Shown here: positions 43,601-58,000 of the stretch, one piece after another | Numbering within the stretch: the stretch's first letter is position 1 | Layout of the letters: each line of letters starts with the position of its first letter | From: Eledone cirrhosa | Lineage: Eukaryota | Reading direction: 5' to 3' | Length of the DNA: 64,000 bases | Assembly: GCA_964016885.1 (NCBI GenBank) | Contig: OZ024741.1 | Location: 396,056,001-396,120,000 of the forward strand | The notes under the pieces: model-generated | Told to the model about the DNA's origin: nothing | The model's input: the letters and a program-made list of their open reading frames with translations, nothing else | Database searches by the model: none | Position numbers and translations under genes: made by a program

Positions 43601-45099
43601 CAAGGGTCAAAGTGCATCAATCAGTCACACCACAAGGGTCAAAGTGCATCAATCAGTCACACCACAAGGGTCAAATTCCTTCAATCAGTCACACCACAAG
43701 AGTCAAAGTGCATCAATCAGTCACACCACAAGATTCAAAGTGCATCAATCAGTCACACCACAAGGGTCAAATTCCTTCAATCAGTCACACCACAAGGGTC
43801 AAAGTGCATCAATCAGTCACACCACAAGAGTCAAAGTGCATCAATCAGTCACACCACAAGGGTCAAATTCCTTCAATCAGTCACACCACAAGAGTCAAAG
43901 TGCATCAATCAGTCACACCACAAGGGTCAAAGTGCATCAATCAGTCACACCACAAGGGTCAAAGTGCATCAATCAGTCACACCACAAGGGTCAAAGTGCA
44001 TCAATCAGTCACACCACAAGAGTCAAAGTGCATCAATCAGTCACACCACAAGGGTCAAAGTGCATCAATCAGTCACACTACAAGGGTCAAAGTGCATCAA
44101 TCAGTCACACCACAAGGGTCAAAGTGCATCAATCAGTCACACCACAAGGGTCAAATTCCTTCAATCAGTCACACCACAAGAGTCAAAGTGCATCAATCAG
44201 TCACACCACAAGTGTCAAAGTGGATCAATCAGTCACACCACAAGGGTCAAATTCCTTCAATCAGTCACACCACAAGAGTCAAAGTGCATCAATCAGTCAC
44301 ACCACAAGAGTCAAAGTGCATCAATCAGTCACACCACAAGGGTCAAATTCCTTCAATCAGTCACACCACAAGAGTCAAAGTGCATCAATCAGTCACACCA
44401 CAAGGGTCAAATTCCTTCAATCAGTCACACCACAAGATTCAAAGTGCATCAATCAGTCACACCACAAGAGTCAAAGTACATCAATCAGTCACACCACAAG
44501 GGTCAAAGTGCATCAATCAGCCACACCACAAGGGTCAAAGTGCATCAATCAGTCACACCACAAGAGTCAAAGTGCATCAATCAGTCACACCACAAGAGTC
44601 AAAGTGCATCAATCAGTCACACCACAAGGGTCAAAGTGCATCAATCAGTCACACCACAAGGGTCAAATTGCATCAATCAGTCACACCACAAGAGTCAAAG
44701 TGCATCAATCAGTCACACCACAAGGGTCAAAGTGCATCAATCAGTCACACCACAAGGGTCAAAGTGTTTCAATCAGTCACACCACAAGGGTCAAAGTGCA
44801 TCAATCAGTCACACCACAAGGGTCAAAGTGCATCAATCAGTCACACCACAAGGGTCAAAGTGCATCAATCAGTCACACCACAAGGGTCAAATTCCTTCAA
44901 TCAGTCACACCACAAGGGTCAAAGTGTTTCAATCATCACACCACAAGGGTCAAAGTGCATCAATCAGTCACACCACAAGGGTCAAATTCCTTCAATCAGT
45001 CACACCACAAGGGTCAAAGTGTTTCAATCAGTCTCACCACAAGGGTCAAAGTGTTTCAATCAGTCACACTACAAGGGTCAAAGTGCATCAATCAGTCAC

Positions 45100-47600
45100 A
45101 CCACAAAGGTCAAATTCCTTCAATCAGTCACACCACAAGAGTCAAAGTGCATCAATCAGTCACACCACAAGGGTCAAATTCCTTCAATCAGTCACACTAC
45201 AAGAGTCAAAGTGCATCAATCAGTCACACCACAAGAGTCAAAGTGCATCAATCAGTCACACCACAAGGGTCAAATTCCTTCAATCAGTCAGAGCAAAAGA
45301 GTCAAAGTGCATCAATCAGTCACACCACAAGAGTCAAAGTGCATCAATCAGTCACACCACAAGAGTCAAAGTGCATCAATCAGTCACACCACAAGGGTCA
45401 AATTCCTTCAATCAGTCACACCACAAGGGTCAAAGTGCATCAATCAGTCACACCAGAAGGGTCAAAGTGCATCAATCAGTCACACCAATAGGATCAAATT
45501 CCTTCAATCAGTCACGCCACAAGAATCAAAGTGCATCAATCAGTCACACCACAAGGGTCAAATTCCTTCAATCAGTCACACCACAAGGGTCAAAGTGCAT
45601 CAATCAGTCACACCACAAGGGTCAAAGTGCATCAATCAGTCACACCACAAGAGTCAAAGTGCATCAATCAGTCACACCACAAGGGTCAAAGTGCATCAAT
45701 CAGTCACACCACAAGAGTCAAAGTGCATCAATCAGTCACACCACAAGGGTCAAATTCCTTCAATCAGTCACACCAAAAGAGTCAAAGTGCATCAATCAGT
45801 CACACCACAAGGGTCAAATTCCTTCAATCAGTCACACCACAAGAGTCAAAGTGCATCAATCAGTCACACCAAAAGAGTCAAAGTGCATCAATCAGTCACA
45901 CCACAAGGGTCAAATTCCTTCAATCAGTCACACCACAAGAGTCAAAGTGCATCAATCAGTCACACCACAAGATTCAAAGTGCATCAATCAGTCACACCAC
46001 AAGGGTCAAAGTGCATCAATCAGTCACACCACAAGGGTCAAATTCCTTCAATCAGTCACACCACAAGGGTCAAAGTGCATCAATCAGTCACACCACAAGA
46101 GTCAAAGTGCATCAATCAGTCACACCACAAGGGTCAAATTCCTTCAATCAGTCACACCACAAGAGTCAAAGTGCATCAATCAGTCACACCACAAGTGTCA
46201 AAGTGCATCAATCAGTCACACCACAAGGGTCAAAGTGCATCAATCAGTCACACCACAAGGGTCAAAGTGCATCAATCAGTCACACCACAAGAGTCAAAGT
46301 GCATCAATCAGTCACACCACAAGGGTCAAAGTGCATCAATCAGTTACACCACAAGGGTCAAATTCCTTCAATCAGTCACACCACAAGAGTCAAAGTGCAT
46401 CAATCAGTCACACCACAAGGGTCAAATTCCTTCAATCAGTCACACTACAAGAGTCAAAGTGCATCAATCAGTCACACCACAAGAGTCAAAGTGCATCAAT
46501 CAGTCACACGACAAAGGTCAAATTCCTTCAATCAGTCAGACCAAAAGAGTCAAAGTGCATCAATCAGTCACACCACAAGAGTCAAAGTGCATCAATCAGT
46601 CACACCACAAGAGTCAAAGTGCATCAATCAGTCACACCACAAGGGTCAAATTCCTTCAATCAGTCACACCACAAGGGTCAAAGTGCAACAATCAGTCACA
46701 CCACAAGAGTCAAAGTGCATCAATCAGTCACACCACAAGAGTCAAAGTGCATCAATCAGTCACACCAGAAGGGTCAAAGTGCATCAATCAGTCACACCAA
46801 TAGGATCAAATTCCTTCAATCAGTCACGCCACAAGAGTCAAAGTGCATCAATCAGTCACACCACAAGGGTCAAATTCCTTCAATCAGTCACACCACAAGG
46901 GTCAAAGTGCATCAATCAGTCACACCACAAGAGTCAAAGTGCATCAATCAGTCACACCACAAGAGTCAAAGTGCATCAATCAGTCACACCACAAGGGTCA
47001 AAGTGCATCAATCAGTCACACCACAAGGGTCAAAGTGCATCAATCAGTCACACCACAAGGGTCAAATTCCTTCAATCAGTCACACCAAAAGAGTCAAAGT
47101 GCATCAATCAGTCACACCACAAGGGTCAAATTCCTTCAATCAGTCACACCACAAGAGTCAAAGTGCATCAATCAGTCACACCACAAGAGTCAAAGTGCAT
47201 CAATCAGTCACACCACAAGGGTCAAATTCCTTCAATCAGTCACACCACAAGAGTCAAAGTGCATCAATCAGTCACACCACAAGGGTCAAAGTGCATCAAT
47301 CAGTCACACCACAAGGGTCAAAGTGCATCAATCAGTCACACCACAAGGGTCAATTTCCTTCAATCAGTCACACCACAAGAGTCAAAGTGCATCAATCAGT
47401 CACACCACAAGATTCAAAATGCATCAATCAGTCACACCACAAGGGTCAAAGTGCATCAATCAGTCACACCACAAGGGTCAAAGTGCATCAATCAGTCACA
47501 TCACAAGAGTCAAAGTGCATCAATCAGTCACACCACAAGGGTCAAATTCCTTCAATCAGTCACACCACAAGAGTCAAAGTGCATCAATCAGTCACACCAC
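45100..47600 (+). repeat. Imperfect duplication, offset about 1312 bp (41 monomers)
   Basis: ACCAATAGGATCAAATTCC at 45484 and 46796; ORF starts at 45531/46843. Confidence 0.75.
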
Positions 47601-49010
47601 AAGGGTCAAAGTGCATCAATCAGTCACACCACAAGGGTCAAAGTGCATCAATCAGTCACACCACAAGAGTCAAAGTGCATCAATCAGTCACACCACAAGG
47701 GTCAAAGTGCATCAATCAGTCACACCACAAGGGTCAAAGTGCATCAATCATTCACACCACAAGGGTAGAAGTGCATCAATCAGTCACACCACAAGGGTCA
47801 AATTCCTTCAATCAGTCACACCACAAGAGTCAAAGTGCATCAATCAGTCACACCACAAGGGTCAAAGTGCATCAATCAGTCACACCACAAGGGTCAAATT
47901 CCTTCAATCAGTCACACCACAAGAGTCAAAGTGCATCAATCAGTCACACCACAAGAGTCAAAGTGCATCAATCAGTCACACCACAAGGGTCAAATTCCTT
48001 CAATCAGTCACACCACAAGAGTCAAAGTGCATCAATCAGTCACACCACAAGGGTCAAATTCCTTCAATCAGTCACACCACAAGAGTCAAAGTGCATCAAT
48101 CAGTCACACCACAAGGGTCAAAGTGCATCAATCAGTCACACCACAAGGGTCAAAGTGCATCAATCAGTCACACCACAAGGGTCAAAGTGCATCAATCAGT
48201 CACACCACAAGGGTCAATTTCCTTCTATCAGTCACACCACAAGAGTCAAAGTGCATCAATCAGTCACACCACAAGATTCAAAATGCATCAATCAGTCACA
48301 CCACAAGGGTCAAAGTGCATCAATCAGTCACACCACAAGGGTCAAATTCCTTCAATCAGTCACACCACAAGGGTCAAAGTGCATCAATCAGTCACATCAC
48401 AAGAGTCAAAGTGCATCAATCAGTCACACCACAAGGGTCAAATTCCTTCAATCAGTCACACCACAAGAGTCAAAGTGCATCAATCAGTCACACCACAAGG
48501 GTCAAAGTGCATCAATCAGTCACACCACAAGGGTCAAAGTGCATCAATCAGTCACACCACAAGAGTCAAAGTGCATCAATCAGTCACACCACAAGGGTCA
48601 AAGTGCATCAATCAGTCACACCACAAGGGTCAAAGTGCATCAATCATTCACACCACAAGGGTAGAAGTGCATCAATCAGTCACACCACAAGGGTCAAATT
48701 CCTTCAATCAGTCACACCACAAGAGTCAAAGTGCATCAATCAGTCACACCACAAGGGTCAAAGTGCATCAATCAGTCACACCACAAGGGTCAAATTCCTT
48801 CAATCAGTCACACCACAAGAGTCAAAGTGCATCAATCAGTCACACCACAAGAGTCAAAGTGCATCAATCAGTCACACCACAAGGGTCAAATTCCTTCAAT
48901 CAGTCACACCACAAGAGTCAAAATGCATCAATCAGTCACACCACAAGGGTCAAATTCCTTCAATCAGTCACACCACAAGAGTCAAAGTGCATCAATCAGT
49001 CACACCACAA
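47270..49010 (+). repeat. Tandem duplication, offset 864-896 bp (27-28 monomers)
   Basis: CAATTTCC at 47351/48215 and CATTCACACCACAAGGGTAGAAG at about 47749/48645. Confidence 0.82.
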
Positions 49011-52000
49011 GGGTCAAAGTGCATCAATCAGCCACACCACAAGGGTCAAAGTGCATCAATCAGTCACACCACAAGAGTCAAAGTGCATCAATCAGTCACA
49101 CCACAAGAGTCAAAGTGCATCAATCAGTCACACCACAAGGGTCAAAGTGCATCAATCAGTCACACCACAAGGGTCAAATTCCTTCAATCAGTCACACCAC
49201 AAGGGTCAAAGTGCATCAATCAGTCACACCACAAGGGTCAAATTCCTTCAATCAGTCACACCACAAGAGTTAAAGTGCATCAATCAGTCACACCACAAGG
49301 GTCAAAGTGCATCAATCAGTCACACCACAAGAGTCAAAGTGCATCAATCAGTCACACCACAAGGGTCAAATTCCTTCAATCAGTCACACCACAAGAGTCA
49401 AAGTGCATCAATCAGTCACACCACAAGGGTCGAAGTGCATCAATCAGTCACACCACAAGGGTCAAAGTGTTTCAATCAGTCACACCACAAGGGTCAAAGT
49501 GCATCAATCAGTCACACCACAAGGGTCAAAGTGTTTCAATCAGTCACACCACAAGGGTCAAAGTGCATCAATCAGTCACACCACAAGAGTCAAAGTGCAT
49601 CAATCAGTCACACCACAAGGGTCAAAGTGCATCAATCAGTCACACCACAAGGGTCAAAGTGTTTCAATCAGTCACACCACAAGGGTCAAAGTGCATCAAT
49701 CAGTCACACCACAAGGGTCAAAGTGCATCAATCAGTCACACCACAAGGGTCAAATTCCTTCAATCAGTCACACCACAAGGGTCAAAGTGTTTCAATCAGT
49801 CACACCACAAGGGTCAAAGTGCATCAATCAGTCACACCACAAGGGTCAAAGTGCATCAATCAGTCACACCACAAGGGTCAAATTCCTTCAATCAGTCACA
49901 CCACAAGGGTCAAAGTGTTTCAATCAGTCACACCACAAGGGTCAAAGTGTTTCAATCAGTCACACTACAAGGGTCAAAGTGCATCAATCAGTCACACCAC
50001 AAGGATCAAATTCCTTAAATCAGTCACACCACAAGGGTCAAAGTGCATCAATCAGTCACACCACAAGGGTCAAAGTGCATCAATCAGTCACACCACAAGA
50101 GTAAAAGTGCTTCAATCAGTCACACCACAAGGGTCAAATTCCTTCAATCAGTCACACCACAAGGGTCAAAGTGCATCAATCAGTCACACCACAAGGGTCA
50201 AAGTGCATCAATCAGTCACACCACAAGGGTCAAATTCCTTCAATCAGTCACACCACAAGGGTCAAAGTACATCAATCAGTCACACCACAAGGGTCAAAGT
50301 GTTTCAATCAGTCACACCACAAGGGTCAAAGTGCATCAATCAGTCACACCACAAGAGTCAAAGTGCATCAATCAGTCACACCACAAGGGTCAAAGTGCAT
50401 CAATCAGTCACACCACAAGGGTCAAAGTGCATCAATCAGTCACATCACAAGGTCAAAGTGCATCAATCAGTCACACCACAAGAGTCAAAGTGCATCAATC
50501 AGTCACACCACACGGGTCAAATTCCTTCAATCAGTCACACCACAAGAGTCAAAGTGCATCAATCAGTCACACCACAAGGGTCAAAGTGCATCAATCAGTT
50601 ACACCACAAGGGTCAAAGTGCATCAATCAGTCACACCACAAGGGTTAAATTCCTTCAATCAGTCACACCACAAGGGTCAAAGTGCATCAATCAGTCACAC
50701 CACAAGAGTCAAAGTGCATCAATCAGTCACACAACAAGGGTCAAAGTGCATCAATCAGCCACACCACAAGGGTCAAAGTGCATCAATCAGTCACAGCACA
50801 AGGGTCAAAGTGCATCAATCAGTCACACCACAAGAGTCAAAGTGCATCAATCAGTCACACCACAAGGGTCAAAGTGCATCAATCAGTCACACCACAAGGG
50901 TCAAAGTGCATCAATCAGTCACACCACAATAGTCAAAGTGCATCAATCAGTCACACCACAAGGGTCAAATTCCTTCAATCAGTCACACCACAAGGGTCAA
51001 AGTGCATCAATCAGTCACACCACAAGGGTCAAAGTGCATCAATCAGTCACACCACAAGGGTCAAAGTGCATCACAGTCACACCACATGGGTCAAAGTGCA
51101 TCAATCACTCACACCACAAGGGTCAAAGTGCATCAATCAGTCACACCACAAGAGTCAAAGTGCATCAATCAGCCACACCACAAGGGTCAAAGTGCATCAA
51201 TCAGTCACACCACAAGGGTCAAAGTGCATCAATCAGTCAGACCACAAGGGTCAAAGTGGATCAATCAGTCACACCACAAGGATCAAAGTGCATCAATCAG
51301 TCACACCACAAGGGTCAAAGTGCATCAATCAGTCACACCACAAGAGTCAAAGTGCATCAATCAGTCACACCACAAGAGTCAAAGTGCATCAATCAGTCAC
51401 ACCACAAGGGTCAAATTCCTTCAATCAGTCACACCACAAGGGTCAAAGTGCATCAATCAGTCACACCACAAGAGTCAAAGTGCATCAATCAGTCACACCA
51501 CAAGGGTCAAAGTGCATCAATCAGTCACACCACTAGGGTCAAAGTGCATCAATCAGTCACACCACAAGGGTCAAAGTGCATCAATCAGTCACACCACAAG
51601 TGTCAAAGTGCATCAATCAGTCACACCACAAGAGTCAAAGTGAATCAATCAGCCACACCACAAGGGTCAAAGTGCATCAATCAGTCACACCACAAGGGTC
51701 AAAGTGCATCAATCAGTCACACCACAAGAGTCAAAGTGCATCAATCAGTCACACCACAAGGGACAAAGTGCATCAATCAGTCACACCACAAGAGTCAAAG
51801 TGCATCATTCAGTCACACCACAAGGGTCAAAGTGCATCAATCAGTCACACCAGAAGGGTCAAAGTGCATCAATCAGTCACACCACAAGGGTCAAAGCATC
51901 AATCAGTCACACCACAAGGGTCAAATTCCTTCAATCAGTCACACCACAAGAGTTAAAGTGCATCAATCAGTCACACCACAAGGGTCAAAGTGCATCAATC

Positions 52001-52099
52001 AGTCACACCACAAGGGTCAAAGTGCATCAATCAGTCACACCACAAGGGTCAAAGTGCTTCAATCAGTCACACCACAAGGGTGAAAGGACATCAATTGGT

Positions 52100-55000
52100 C
52101 ACACCACAAGAGTCAAAGTGCATCAATCAGTTACACCACAAGAGTCAAAGTGCATGAATCAGTCACACCACAAGAGTCAAAGTGCATCGATCAGTCACAC
52201 CACAATAGTCAAAGTGCATCAATCAGTTACACCACAAGAGTCAAAGTGCATCAATCAGTCACACCACAAGGGTCAAAGTGCATCAATCAACCACACCACA
52301 AGGGTCAAAGTACATCAATCAGTCACACCACAAGAGTCAAAGTGCATCAATCAGTCACACCACAAGGGTCAAAGTGCATCAATCAGTTACACCACAAGAG
52401 TCAAAGTGCATCAATCAGTTACACCACAAGAGTCAAAGTGCATCAATCAGTCACACCACAAGAGTCAAAGTGCATCAATCAATCACACCACAAGGGTCAA
52501 AGTGCATCAATCAGTCACACCACAAGGGTTAAAGTGCATCAATCAGTCACACCACAAGAGTCAAAGTGCATCAATCAGTTACACCACAAGAGTCAAAGTG
52601 CATCAATCAGTTACACCACAAGAGTCAATGTGCATCAATCAGTTACATCACAAGAGTCAAAGTGCATCAATCAGGCACACCACAAGGGTCAAAGTGCATC
52701 AATCAGTTACACCACAAGAGTCAAAGTGCATCAATCAGTTACACCACAAGAGTCAAAGTGCATCAATCAGTCACACCACAAGAGTCAAAGTGCATCAATC
52801 AGTCACACCACAAGGGTCAAAGTGCATCAATCAGTCACACCACAAGGGTCAAAGTGCATCAATCAGTCACACCACAAGAGTCAAAGTGCATCAATCAGTC
52901 ACACCACAAGGGTCAAAGTGCATCAATCAGTCACACCACAAGGGTCAAAGTGCATCAATCAGTCACACCACAAGGTTAAAAGTGCATCAATCAGTCACAC
53001 CACAAGAGTCAAAGTGCATCAATCAGTCACACCACAAGGGTCAAATTCCTTCAATCAGTCACACCACAAGAGTCAAAGTGCATCAATCAGTCACACCACA
53101 AGGGTCAAAGTGCATCAATCAGTCACACCACAAGGGTCAAAGTGTTTCAATCAGTCACACCACAAGGGTCAAAGTGCATCAATCAGTCACACCACAAGGG
53201 TCAAAGTGTTTCAATCAGTCACACCACAAGGGTCAAAGTGCATCAATCAGTCACACCACAAGAGTCAAAGTGCATCAATCAGTCACACCACAAGGGTCAA
53301 AGTGCATCAATCAGTCACACCACAAGGGTCAAAGTGTTTCAATCAGTCACACCACAAGGGTCAAAGTGCATCAATCAGTCACACCACAAGGGTCAAAGTG
53401 CATCAATCAGTCACACCACAAGGGTCAAATTCCTTCAATCAGTCACACCACAAGGGTCAAAGTGTTTCAATCAGTCACACCACAAGGGTCAAAGTGCATC
53501 AATCAGTCACACCACTAGGGTCAAAGTGCATCAATCAGTCACACCACAAGGGTCAAATTCCTTTAATCAGTCACACCACAAGGGTCAAAGTGTTTCAATC
53601 AGTAACACCACAAGGGTCAAAGTGCATCAATCAGTCACACCACAAGAGTCAAAGTGCAACAATCAGTCACACCACAAGGGTCAAAGTGCATCAATCAGTC
53701 ACACCACAAGGGTCAAAGTGCATCAATCAGCCACACCACAAGGGTCAAAGTGCATCAATCAGTCACACCACAAGGGTCAAAGTGCATCAATCAGTCACAC
53801 CACAAGGGTCAAAGTGCATCAATCAGTCACACCACAAGGGTCAAAGTGCATCAATCAGTCACACCACAAGAGTTAAAGTGCATCAATCAGTCACACCACA
53901 AGGATCAAAGTGCATCAATCAGTCAGACCACAAGGGTCAAAGTGGATCAATCAGTCACACCACAAGGGTCAAAGTGCATCAATCAGTCACACCACAAGGG
54001 TCAAAGTGCATCAATCAGTCACACCACAAGAGTCAAAGTGCATCAATCTGTCACACCACAAGAGTCAAAGTGCATCAATCAGTCACACCACAAGGGTCAA
54101 ATTCCTTCAATCAGTCACACCACAAGGGTCAAAGTGCATCAATCAGTCACACCACAAGAGTCAAAGTGCATCAATCAGTCACACCACAAGGGTCAAAGTG
54201 CATCAATCAGTCACACCACTAGGGTCAAAGTGCATCAATCAGTCACACCACAAGGGTCAAAGTGCATCAATCAGTCACACCACAAGTGTCAAAGTGCATC
54301 AATCAGTCACACCACAAGAGTCAAAGTGCATCAATCAGCCACACCACAAGGGTCAAAGTGCATCAATCAGTCACACCACAAGGGTCAAAGTGCATCAATC
54401 AGCCACACCACAAGGGTCAAAGTGCATCAATCAGTCACACCACAAGGGTCAAAGTGCATCAATCAGTCACACCACAAGGGTCAAAGTGCATCAATCAGTC
54501 ACACCACAAGGGACAAAGTGCATCAATCAGTCACACCACAAGAGTCAAAGTGCATCAATCAGTCACACCACAAGGGTCAAAGTGCATCAATCAGTCACAC
54601 CACAAGGGTCAAAGTGTATCAATCAGTCACACCACAAGGGTCAAAGTGCATCAATCAGTCACACCACAAGGGTCAAAGTGCATCAATCAGTCACACCACA
54701 AGGGTCAAAGTGCTTCAATCAGTCACACCACAAGGGTGAAAGGACATCAATTGGTCACACCACAAGAATCAAAGAGCATCAATCAGTCACACCACAAGGG
54801 TCAACGTGCATCAATCAGTCACACCACAAGGGTCAAAGTGCTTCAATCAGTCACACCTCAAGGGTCAAAGTGCATCAATCAGTAACACCACAAGAGTCAA
54901 AGAGCATCAATCAGTCACACCACAAGGGTCAACGTGCATCAATCAGTCACACCACAAGGGTCAAAGTGCATCAATCAGTCACACCACAAGGGTCAAAGTG

Positions 55001-58000
55001 CATCAATCAGTCACACCACAAGGGTCAAAGTGCATCAATCAGCCACACCACAAGGGTCAAAGTGCATCAATCAGTCACACCACAAGGGTCAAAGTGCATC
55101 AATCAGCCACACCACAAGAGTCAAAGTACATCAATCAGTTACACCACAAGAGTCAAAGTGCATCAATCAGTCACACCACAAGAGTCAAAGTGCATCGATC
55201 AGTCACACCACAAGAGTCAAAGTGCATCAATCAGTTACACCACAAGAGTCAAAGTGCATCAATCAGTCACACCACAAGGGTCAAAGTGCATCAATCAACC
55301 ACACCACAAGGGTCAAAGTACATCAATCAGTCACACCACAAGAGTCAAAGTGCATCAATCAGTCACACCACAAGGGTCAAAGTGCATCAATCAGTTACAC
55401 CACAAGAGTCAAAGTGCATCAATCAGTTACACCACAAGAGTCAAAGTGCATCAATCAGTCACACCACAAGAGTCAAAGTGCATCAATCAATCACACCACA
55501 AGGGTCAAAGTGCATCAATCAGTCACACCACAAGGGTCAAAGTGCATCAATCAGTCACACCACAAGAGTCAAAGTGCATCAATCAGTTACACCACAAGAG
55601 TGAAAGTGCATCAATCAGTCACACCACAAGGGTCAAAGTGCATCAATCAGTTACACCACAAGAGTCAATGTGCATCAATCAGTTACACCACAAGAGTCAA
55701 AGTGCATCAATCAGACACACCACAAGGGTCAAAGTGCATCAATCAGTTACACCACAAGAGTCAAAGTGCATCAATCAGTTACACCACAAGTGTCAAAGTG
55801 CATCAATCAGTCACACCACAAGAGTCAAAGTGCATCAATCAGTCACACCACAAGGGTCAAAGTGCATCAATCAGTCACACCACAAGGGTCAAAGTGCATC
55901 AATCAGTCACACCACAAGAGTCAAAGTGCATCAATCAGTCACACCACAAGGGTCAAAGTGCATCAATCAGTCACACCACAAGGGTCAAAGTGCATCAATC
56001 AGTCACACCACAAGGGTCAAAGTGCATCAATCAGTCACACCACAAGAGTCAAAGTGCATCAATCAGTCACACCACAAGGGTCAAATTCCTTCAATCAGTC
56101 ACACCACAAGAGTCAAAGTGCATCAATCAGTCACACCACAAGGGTCAAAGTGCATCAATCAGTCACACCACAAGGGTCAAAGTGTTTCAATCAGTCACAC
56201 CACAAGGGTCAAAGTGCATCAATCAGTCACACCACAAGGGTCAAAGTGTTTCAATCAGTCACACCACAAGGGTCAAAGTGCATCAATCAGTCACACCACA
56301 AGGGTCAAAGTGCATCAATCAGTCACACCACAAGGGTCAAAGTGTTTCAATCAGTCACACCACAAGGGTCAAAGTGCATCAATCAGTCACACAACAAGGG
56401 TCAAAGTGCATCAATCAGTCACACCACAAGGGTCAAATTCCTTCAATCAGTCACACCACAAGGGTCAAAGTGTTTCAATCAGTCACACCACAAGGGTCAA
56501 AATGCATCAATCAGTCACACCACTAGGGTCAAAGTGCATCAATCAGTCACACCACAAGGGTCAAATTCCTTTAATCAGTCACACCACAAGGGTCAAAGTG
56601 TTTCAATCAGTCACACCACAAGTGTCAAAGTGCATCAATCAGTCACACCACAAGAGTTAAAGTGCAACAATCAGTCACACCACAAGGGTCAAAGTGCATC
56701 AATCAGTCACACCACAAGGGTCAAAGTGCATCAATCAGTCATACCACAAGGGTCAAAGTGCATCAATCAGTCACACCACAAGGGTCAAAGTGCATCAATC
56801 AGTCACACCACAAGGGTCAAAGTGCTTCAATCAGTCACACCACAAGGGTTAAAGGACATCAATTGGTCACACCACAAGAGTCAAAGTGCATCAATCAGTC
56901 ACACCACAAGAGTCAAAGTGCATCAATCAGTCACACCACAAGTGTCAAAGTGCATCAATCAGTCACACCACAAGGGTCAAAGTGCATCAATCAGTAACAC
57001 CACAAGAGTCAAAGAGCATCAATCAGTCACACCACAAGGGTCAACGTGCATCAATCAGTCACACCACAAGGGTCAAAGTGCATCAATCAGTCACACCACA
57101 AGGGTCAAAGTGCATCAATCAGTCACACCACAAGGGTCAAAGTGCATCAATCAGCCACACCACAAGGGTCAAAGTGCATCAATCAGTCACACCACAAGAA
57201 TCAAAGTGCATCAATCAGCCACACCACAAGAGTCAAAGTGCATCAATCTGTTACACCACAAGAGTCAAAGTGCATCAATCAGTCACACCACAAGAGTCAA
57301 AGTGCATCGATCAGTCGCACCACAAGAGTCAAAGTGCATCAATCAGTTACACCACAAGAGCCAAAGTGCATCAATCAGTCACACCACAAGGGTCAAAGTG
57401 CATCAATCAGTTACACCACAAGAGTCAATGTGCGTCAATCAGTTACACCACAAGAGTCAAAGTGCATCAATCAGACACACCACAAGGGTCAAAGTGCATC
57501 AATCAGTTACACCACAAGAGTCAAAGTGCATCAATCAGTTACACCACAAGAGTCAAAGTGCATCAATCAGTCACACCACAAGAGTCAAAGTGCATCAATC
57601 AGTCACACCACAAGGGTCAAACTGCATCAATCAGTCACACCACAAGCGTCAAAGTGCATCAATCAGTCACACCACAAGGGTCAAAGTGCATCAATCAGTC
57701 ACACCACAAGGGTCAAAGTGTTTCAATCAGTCACACCACAAGGGTCAAGGTGCATCAATCAGTCACACCACAAGGGTCAAAGTGTTTCAATCAGTCACAC
57801 CACAAGGGTCAAAGTGAATCAATCAGTCACACCATAAGGGTCAAAGTGTTTCATAAAGTCACACCACAAGGGTCAAATTCCTTCAATCAGTCACACCACA
57901 AGGGTCAAAGTGCATCAATCAGTCACACCACAAGAGTCAAAGTGCTTCAATCAGTCACACCACAAGGGTCAAATTCCTTCAATCAGTCACACCACAAGGG

